A DNA stretch of 23,231 nt from an uncultured archaeon (GTDB lineage: Archaea > Asgardarchaeota > Jordiarchaeia > Jordiarchaeales > Jordiarchaeaceae): contig CAZECW010000022.1 in the NCBI GenBank assembly GCA_964510585.1, positions 1 through 23,231 of the forward strand, given 5' to 3'. The position numbers and the translations under genes are program-made. Each line of letters begins with the position of its first letter. Position 1 is the stretch's first letter. The notes beneath the pieces are model-generated. The model was not told the DNA's origin. It did no database searches and worked only from the letters and a program-made list of their open reading frames with translations. Positions 1 through 5,762 of the stretch are shown here, piece after piece.

Positions 1-135
1 GGGTGGCGCGGTTACCCTCCTTAAATTGAAGTGTCAATGGGGGTCGCCTAAATCGGCGCCCGAAAATCCCCACGGAGGGTTTTTCCGACCACTATCCTCT
101 AAATGGGAAACCCCTAAAATAAACATAGTCAAGTG

Positions 136-717
136 TCAACATTTTCGAAAATTCTTGGCCACAATGTACATTTCAGCACTAGTTTTTCTTGAAGCTTCTG
201 GCTTTGTGGTTCTAACGAAGCCAAAATGCTGCTTAACTTCACTCAAAAAACTTGCATACTCCGACCCTTGAAAAGCCTTAACAACTAGTGTTCCACCATT
301 TTTAAGAACCCTCTTAGCTATCTCCAGAGAGGCCCTAGCAAGAAACATCTGTCGCTCATGATCCACACTCCATATCCCACTTACATTGGGTGAACAATCG
401 CTCAAAACAACATCAAACTCTTCACAAACACTCAAAACTCGATTCAGAGTCTCCTCTTTAACAATATCCCCACAAATGAAGGTCACACCATTTATACTTG
501 AAATCTTGTTAATATCCACTCCAACCACAACACCCTCATTGCCCAATTCCTCCCTAGCAACCTGCAGCCACCCCCCAGGGGCACAACACAAATCCAGAAC
601 TGCCTTTGCACCCCTAAAAATCCCAAACTTTTCATCAAGTTGCTTTAGTTTATATGCCGCCCTGGACCGATAACCCTCTCTACGAGCCCTGTAATAGTAG
701 TGGTCCTTACGCCTCAA
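136..717 (-). CDS. rlmE: 23S rRNA (uridine-2'-O)-methyltransferase RlmE/FtsJ family
   Basis: 193 aa with YRSRAAYKL N-terminal motif, VLDLCCAPGGW SAM-binding loop, VVLSD and VVK(A)FQG motifs, and terminal SRKTSAEMY; TTG start. Confidence 0.93.
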   Translation of the reverse strand: MRRKDHYYYRARREGYRSRAAYKLKQLDEKFGIFRGAKAVLDLCCAPGGWLQVAREELGNEGVVVGVDINKISSINGVTFICGDIVKEETLNRVLSVCEEFDVVLSDCSPNVSGIWSVDHERQMFLARASLEIAKRVLKNGGTLVVKAFQGSEYASFLSEVKQHFGFVRTTKPEASRKTSAEMYIVAKNFRKC

Positions 718-1025
718 GGAGGAAACACCCCATAAATATTACCATCTCTAAAAACAAATCTTTTAACCCCACACATAAAACTTCTGTGTCAAAAATCAAT
801 GTTTACAAAAAGTAGACGGGAAGTCCTTCGCCTTTTGTCGTGGGGATTGTCAAAAATGCATTTCAACTTATAAAAGGTGCTCCAATTCACAATTTAGTTG
901 AGTTTTTTAGAGGGGGATTCCTAATTTTAAAGTAAGGTTTTTAACCCGTGCTCTTATATACCGTAAGGCAAGCATCTTTAGTATTTAAGGTACCAGCCTT
1001 TCGTCCCTAGATTCTGGTGAGAACT

Positions 1026-1898
1026 TTGACGGAAAACGAGGAGTTCTACAAAGCCAAAATTTATTCTCTAAACAAGGAGCGTGTTCCCCTAATTGAGGAG
1101 CTACGAAAACTAAGGGAAAGCGCTGAGGGATATAAACAAAAAAGAGATGAGAAAAATAGAGAGGTGCAACTCCTCGCCCAGCAAATAAAAGAGATTCGAA
1201 AGCAAAACGATGAATTCAGCTCTCGGCTAAGCCAAATGAAAATGGAGAAAGAAAAGCTTTACGAAAAAATTAGAGAACTCTCTTCTAAAATAAAGGAGCA
1301 AAAAAGCAAACTGTACTTCATAAGTTTTAACGGCGAACAATTAAAGAAAAAAAGAGACGAACTTGAGTGGAAACAGCAAACAACCCCCCTATCCCTGGAA
1401 GAGGAAAACGTCATCGTCAAACAAATAGAAAAAATGGAAGAAGACCTAGCATACTACGAGGAAAACCTCAAAATACAAAAAACAATAGACCAACTGAAAA
1501 AAGAAATGGAACAAACACGACAAAAAATCATTGACATAAAAAACCACATGCAAGAAGAGTACGAAAAGAGCAAACCCCTATTCGAACAAATAAAAACCCT
1601 AACAAAGAGAAGAGACGAACTAAGAAGCTCCGCAGATACCGACCACAAAAACTACATTGAAGTCTTCCAAAAAATAATTCAATGCGAAAACCAACTCACA
1701 AAAATAGAAGAAGAAATATCACTCTACAAAGCCCAACAAGTCAAAATACAAAGGGAGAGAAGGGAGAGAGAAGCCCAAGAAAAAAGAAAAAAGGAAGAAG
1801 AAATACTCCAAACCAAAGTAAAACAAGCCCAAGAAAAATTAGAAAAGAAAAAACGAGTAACCCTACAAGAACTAAAACTCGCCATGGGCGAGAAATAA
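1026..1898 (+). CDS. Archaeal coiled-coil protein (COG1340-like)
   Basis: About 290 aa of K/E/Q-rich heptad sequence with the LEWKQQTTPLSLEEE motif typical of this family. GGTGA at 1016-1020 lies 5 nt before TTG 1026; the ORF track's GTG 1017 overlaps this SD. Confidence 0.75.
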   Translation: MTENEEFYKAKIYSLNKERVPLIEELRKLRESAEGYKQKRDEKNREVQLLAQQIKEIRKQNDEFSSRLSQMKMEKEKLYEKIRELSSKIKEQKSKLYFISFNGEQLKKKRDELEWKQQTTPLSLEEENVIVKQIEKMEEDLAYYEENLKIQKTIDQLKKEMEQTRQKIIDIKNHMQEEYEKSKPLFEQIKTLTKRRDELRSSADTDHKNYIEVFQKIIQCENQLTKIEEEISLYKAQQVKIQRERREREAQEKRKKEEEILQTKVKQAQEKLEKKKRVTLQELKLAMGEK

Positions 1899-1933
1899 AA
1901 CGGTTCCAACAAAAGACAACGGTGAATTTCAAA

Positions 1934-3409
1934 ATGAAAAAATTTGAGGAACTGGATTCCCTGTTTCACCCCAAAGCCGCAGCTGTGGTTGGCGCAACCG
2001 AAAACCCATTCAAACACGGAAACTGGTACATGCGTTCAATACTAAACAGAGGTTTCCCAAAAGAACATCTATACCCCATAAACCCCAACGAAAAAGAAGT
2101 ACTCGGCATAAAAGCATACCCCAGAGTACAAGACGCGCCAGAACCCCTCGACTACGTCGTAGTGGCAATACCCAAAAAACTAATCAAAGAAGTTGTAAAA
2201 GACTGTGTCGAAGCCCAAGCCAAGTTTGTAATGATTTTCACATCAGGATTCTCAGAAAGCACCTCAGAAAGAGAAGAAGGCAAAAAATTAGAAAAAGAAC
2301 TCCTAGAAATAATACGCGGCACAAAAACCAGAATAGTAGGCCCCAACGGAATGGGTGTCTACTCTTTTGAGGGAAAACTTTCATACCCCTACCTATACAA
2401 TCCCCCACAAGGGGGCACAGTATCTTTTGTAAGTCAAAGTGGAGGACACACTGTTTCTATGGCCAGCTTTGCCGATTTCTGGAACAACATTCGCTTTAGC
2501 AAAATGGTTAGTTACGGCAACGGAATAGATCTGGAAGTCACAGATTACCTAGAGTATTTCGCAGAGGATCCCAAAACCAAGGTTATTAATATTTATGTTG
2601 AGGGGGTTAGAAACGGGCCCCGCTTTTTTAAAGCCTTAAAGGAAGCGACCACCATTAAACCCGTAGTTGTCTGGAAAGGAGGCTGGACTGCGGGTGGCTC
2701 ACGCGCAACCCTTTCACATACAGGTTCCCTCGCAGGTTCAAACAAAATTTGGAGTATGGTGTTGAAACAGGCGGGAGCAGTGCAGGTCTATAGCATGGAA
2801 GAGCTTTGCGATGTAACCATGGCTTTTCTTAGGCTTAATCCCCCAAAAGGGGTAAATACTGCTATTGTGGGTGCGGGTGGAGGCCTAAGCGTGGTTTCCA
2901 CAGACGCATTAGAGAGCGCTGGTTTAAGGGCTCCACCCTTTAGTGAAAAAACTAGGGAAGAATTGGGCGAAATAGTTCCTGATGTGGGAACAGGTATATC
3001 TAATCCCATAGACGCCAGTTACTTTGTCTACTATGATCTAAAAATGTATATCAAAATATTGGAATTGGTGGATAAGGATCCCAACATTGACTTGATACTG
3101 TTACAGCATGAGGTGATGTGGGGAGACAGAAACGAGGAGCTCTTCAAAATAGTCAAAGAAATCAGAGAAAGACTGGAAAAGCCTCTGGTTATCGTTTTAC
3201 ACCCTTCTAGTGGACCTAGAGAGTACCAGCCTGAGACGGAGGCTGAGCGTTTAAAAATTATAAAGCAATACCTAAATGAGGGCTTCCTCATATACCCCTC
3301 AATACCTAAAGCATCAAATGCTGTTTTTAAGGTGATACAGTACTACCAGTTTCTAAAAAATAGAGAAATTCAGAGACCACTGAAGCAGCACTTAATACTG
3401 CTTGAATAG
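1934..3409 (+). CDS. acdA: Acetate/acyl-CoA ligase (ADP-forming) alpha-subunit family, CoA-binding protein
   Basis: LFHPKAAAVVGAT CoA-binding N-terminus, IVGPNGMG, SQSGG, YGNGIDL, VVVWKGG and SHTGSLAG (phospho-His) motifs. True start is ATG 1934 after GGTGA (1921-1925); the ORF track's extension to 1682 is an alternate-frame read of the upstream gene. Confidence 0.88.
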   Translation: MKKFEELDSLFHPKAAAVVGATENPFKHGNWYMRSILNRGFPKEHLYPINPNEKEVLGIKAYPRVQDAPEPLDYVVVAIPKKLIKEVVKDCVEAQAKFVMIFTSGFSESTSEREEGKKLEKELLEIIRGTKTRIVGPNGMGVYSFEGKLSYPYLYNPPQGGTVSFVSQSGGHTVSMASFADFWNNIRFSKMVSYGNGIDLEVTDYLEYFAEDPKTKVINIYVEGVRNGPRFFKALKEATTIKPVVVWKGGWTAGGSRATLSHTGSLAGSNKIWSMVLKQAGAVQVYSMEELCDVTMAFLRLNPPKGVNTAIVGAGGGLSVVSTDALESAGLRAPPFSEKTREELGEIVPDVGTGISNPIDASYFVYYDLKMYIKILELVDKDPNIDLILLQHEVMWGDRNEELFKIVKEIRERLEKPLVIVLHPSSGPREYQPETEAERLKIIKQYLNEGFLIYPSIPKASNAVFKVIQYYQFLKNREIQRPLKQHLILLE

Positions 3410-3449
3410 TAATAGTTTTCCCCTATTCATCCCTCTTTTTTGGCTGCAA

Positions 3450-3914
3450 CTATTCTTCTGTGTATGTGCCTATTGACCCCTCAGCCTCCTCCACTGAAAC
3501 CCTTATTTTCATGTTTTTGAGGGGTGACTGTTTTAGCTGTTTATAAATATATTCGGATATTTTTTCCACAGTGGTTGCCTCAATAGGCAAAAGTAATGCG
3601 TCATCCTTGGGGAAGATGTACCTCCTCCTGTTTGCTATAACCTCTATTTCTTTTCCCATCTCCCTGATTTCTACTTCCTTTTCTTTAGTGGGTATCAGTA
3701 TGTGGTGATCCATTTTCTGACAGATATCCCTCGCTACGTTTCTTACATCTAGAAAGTCCACTATCATCTGCTGACTGTTAAGTTTATCGGACTCAATCTC
3801 AATAGTTACCTTATAGTTGTGGCCGTGTATACGCTCACATTTCGGGTGACGAAGGAGGAAATGAGCCGCAGAAAAGTTTAGGTCAGTTCTTTCCACCTTA
3901 AGCTTGTAGACCAT
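3450..3914 (-). CDS. queD: 6-carboxy-5,6,7,8-tetrahydropterin synthase (6-pyruvoyl-tetrahydropterin synthase family)
   Basis: FSAAH, CERIHGHNY (Zn ligands and Cys), IVDF, MDH and TTVE motifs; lies downstream of queE on the same strand. Confidence 0.9.
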   Translation of the reverse strand: MVYKLKVERTDLNFSAAHFLLRHPKCERIHGHNYKVTIEIESDKLNSQQMIVDFLDVRNVARDICQKMDHHILIPTKEKEVEIREMGKEIEVIANRRRYIFPKDDALLLPIEATTVEKISEYIYKQLKQSPLKNMKIRVSVEEAEGSIGTYTEE

Positions 3915-4117
3915 TTCTCAAACTTCCCTCAAACATTTTAAAGTTGCCCTTGTATGTGAAGATTTCATCCCTTTTTTGTCTCCCTTGCAACAATCCCTCA
4001 AAACACTTTAAACTTTTCCACACAAAAAACCTTCTTAAACCAAATCTACCAATAATTCACCTCCCCCTCACTCTCCGCCTGCCAATAAAAAGGGCAACAC
4101 ACATTTTTCTAAAAGCT

Positions 4118-5008
4118 TCAGAGTATTCCCAACACTTTATGGGCTTGAATTGATACTGAAATGTCATTTTTATGAAGATACTTTGCCGCGGCTTCAGTGA
4201 ACTGGAACAGTTGTTTTATTGTGGGTTTTTCCCCCACTTCGCCATATGGAGATACAATCTGAATGCATAGGGGGCATCCCAACTTAGCGAGCTCCCTAGC
4301 ATACCATTCAATATTCTCCGATTTTGTTTGGGATGTAACTACAACCTTGGCGAAGGTCTTTGCCTTTGCCTCAACTAAAACCTGTATGGTTTCCAACTCT
4401 CTCTCCACTAGGGCTCTCCAGTCTGAAGCAGCCCCCGCCGTCTCATCTTTAATATCACAGCAGCAGTATTCAAAAAGTTCAGCCACCTTTGAAGCACACC
4501 CAGGTAAAGAACCATTAGTTTCAAGATAGAGAATATAACCTTCTGAGACAAGGTTCTCTGAAACTTCCCTCAGGAAATCCGTTTGAAGTAAAGGCTCCCC
4601 ACCAGTAAATGACACCGAGTGAAGATCCGCAGTTTTCAGTTTTCTCACATAGCTGCAAAGAGTTGCTGGATCTATGGGATTTGCTTGCTCTGCGAATTTT
4701 CCAGTCCCGGGGCTTTCTTCCATTCTAACCTGAGGTGCGTCTGGTTTTTGAGCTCCAGGTGATTTGCGTCTTAGTATGTTCTATAAGATGTCGCACCACC
4801 TGCAGCCCCTAGTTCCAAACTCCCCCATAGCTAGGTTGCAGCCCGCGAATCTAGCGATTCGACGGATGAATAGCTTCTATTCCTCCTATATCTGGCGCTT
4901 TCCATAACACGAGCCGCTGACGCTACCTCCTTCTCCTTTACCTCCCCCTCTCTGGGGGATTTGGTAGGAAGAGAACACCTCAGCGACCCATCCCTTAACC
5001 AAGACCAT
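4118..5008 (-). CDS. queE: 7-carboxy-7-deazaguanine synthase QueE (radical SAM), split by three short introns; join(complement 4961..5008, 4888..4936, 4790..4857, 4118..4762), 269 aa when spliced
   Basis: Exon lengths 48+49+68+645 = 810 nt. Spliced translation begins MVLVKGWVAEVFSSYQGEGGSVSGSCYGKRQIFARFAGCNLAMGEFGTRGCRWCDSPGAQKPDAPQVRMEESPGTGKF and continues with SFTGGEPLLQ, YLETNG and DIK, all QueE motifs. The start is uncertain: ATG 5008, TTG 5002 (5 nt after GAGGTGA) or ATG 5026. Confidence 0.88.
4763..4789 (-). other. Putative BHB intron 3 of queE (27 nt)
   Basis: mRNA CAGGUG-G-UGCG-AC | A-UCUUA-UAGAACAUAC-UAAGA-CGCA-AA | U-CACCUG. Perfect 4-bp central helix UGCG/CGCA, 5-bp intron helix, 6-bp exon-exon helix; contains an in-frame TAG (4781-4783). 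Removal gives W-C-D-S-P. Confidence 0.85.
4858..4887 (-). other. Putative BHB intron 2 of queE (30 nt, phase 1)
   Basis: mRNA AGCG-CC-AGAU-AU | A-GGA-G-GAAUAG-AAG-CUAUUC-A-UCC-GUCG-AA | U-CGCU. The intron helix has 9 bp plus one mismatch; central helix AGAU/GUCG pairs 3 of 4. The unspliced frame has two TAGs. Removal gives R-Q-I-F-A-R-F-A-G-C. Confidence 0.75.
4937..4960 (-). other. Putative BHB intron 1 of queE (24 nt)
   Basis: mRNA UUCC-UACC-AA | A-UCCCCC-AGAGA-GGGGGA-GGUA-AA | GGAG. Perfect central helix UACC/GGUA and 6-bp intron helix. Removal joins the conserved Q|GEG motif. Confidence 0.82.
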
Positions 5009-5042
5009 CACCTCAAAACAGGCCATGTCACATCCTTTTAAA
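5008..5042 (-). promoter_or_regulatory. Candidate TATA box (TTTAAAA, 5042-5036) and SD-like GAGGTGA (5014-5008) for queE
   Basis: The TATA-like element is about 28 nt upstream of ATG 5008, and GAGGTGA is 5 nt upstream of TTG 5002. Sequence resemblance only. Confidence 0.35.
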
Positions 5043-5360
5043 TAACTTGCCTATAATTTAAGTCTGCTCCCCTCTCACACCTGTCCAAAATATGGAGTGC
5101 TCCATCGAGTCTTAAACATATAACAGTAAGTTTTTTACATTCAGGGGCCAACTCGTTTTTGGCTAGGCGTAAAGGGGACGACTCTGCTCCTGATTTCGTG
5201 AACCTCTCAGGAAAATTGGATAGAATAATTCGAAAATCAAACATAAAAAGTGGACGTCTTCTACGGTGCAGTCAAATCTTTTGTTCATAAAGCTTATGTA
5301 CTGGTTTCTACTCTGTTAGCTTGCCTGAGGCGGATTCCCATGTCTCTAGTAGGACTCTTG

Positions 5361-5762
5361 ATGGGTAAGCTGGAAATACTGCTATGCAATGCAAGGTCAA
5401 TTGAGCAAAACAGGATGATGGTTGAAAATCCAGACCCAAAAAGTTACGTGGATTCCACAGCAGTAATACTCATGAACAAGGAGGATATGGGTAGCCGCGG
5501 AATTAAAAATGGTGACTGTGTTAAAGTGACTACAAAATTTGGGAGCGTCGTTGTCAAAGCCTACCAAACAGACGAGACCAAAAAGGGATTAGCACTTATG
5601 CCCAATGGGCCATGGTTGAATGCCATAATAGACCCGGACATAGATTTTACAGGGAGTAATTCCTGCTATGTTTTGAAGGCCAGCGTTGAAACCACAAAGG
5701 AAGAAGTGTTAACTCCAGAAAAACTCTTTGGAAAACTATTGGGAAAGGATGCAGATGAGTGA
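5361..5762 (+). CDS. fwdD: Formylmethanofuran dehydrogenase subunit D-like protein (molybdopterin dinucleotide-binding domain)
   Basis: MNKEDM..GIKNGDCVKVTTKFGSVVVK and MPNGPWLNAIIDPD match the FwdD pattern. Start is taken at ATG 5361 (ATG 5340 is possible); the stop overlaps the next ATG (ATGAGTGA). Confidence 0.8.
   Translation: MGKLEILLCNARSIEQNRMMVENPDPKSYVDSTAVILMNKEDMGSRGIKNGDCVKVTTKFGSVVVKAYQTDETKKGLALMPNGPWLNAIIDPDIDFTGSNSCYVLKASVETTKEEVLTPEKLFGKLLGKDADE

Noticed and set aside
1-72. GC-rich hairpins at the window start and a possible CDS end (GWRGYPP*, 1..24)
   Set aside because: The stretch is too short and truncated to assign, and no tRNA or known ncRNA pattern is recognisable.
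1682-1933. 84-aa N-terminal extension of the acyl-CoA ligase ORF
   Set aside because: It overlaps the coiled-coil gene in another frame. The SD and family homology begin at ATG 1934.
4781-4888. Three in-frame TAG codons in queE explained by pyrrolysine or amber readthrough
   Set aside because: All three stops lie in or at the edge of insertions that break conserved motifs, so readthrough would not restore the enzyme. TAG is also used as an ordinary stop by other genes here (3409, 9304, 14446, 15491).
4118-5008. queE as a simple pseudogene
   Set aside because: There are no frameshifts or stops outside the three hairpin insertions, all catalytic motifs are intact, and each insertion has BHB geometry with cut sites that restore the motifs. 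Random decay would be very unlikely to do this. It cannot be fully excluded without RNA data.
5038-5244. 68-aa minus-strand ORF upstream of queE as queC or a leader exon
   Set aside because: It has no QueC (SGGxDS) or other recognisable motif, is in a different frame from queE, and shows no BHB link.
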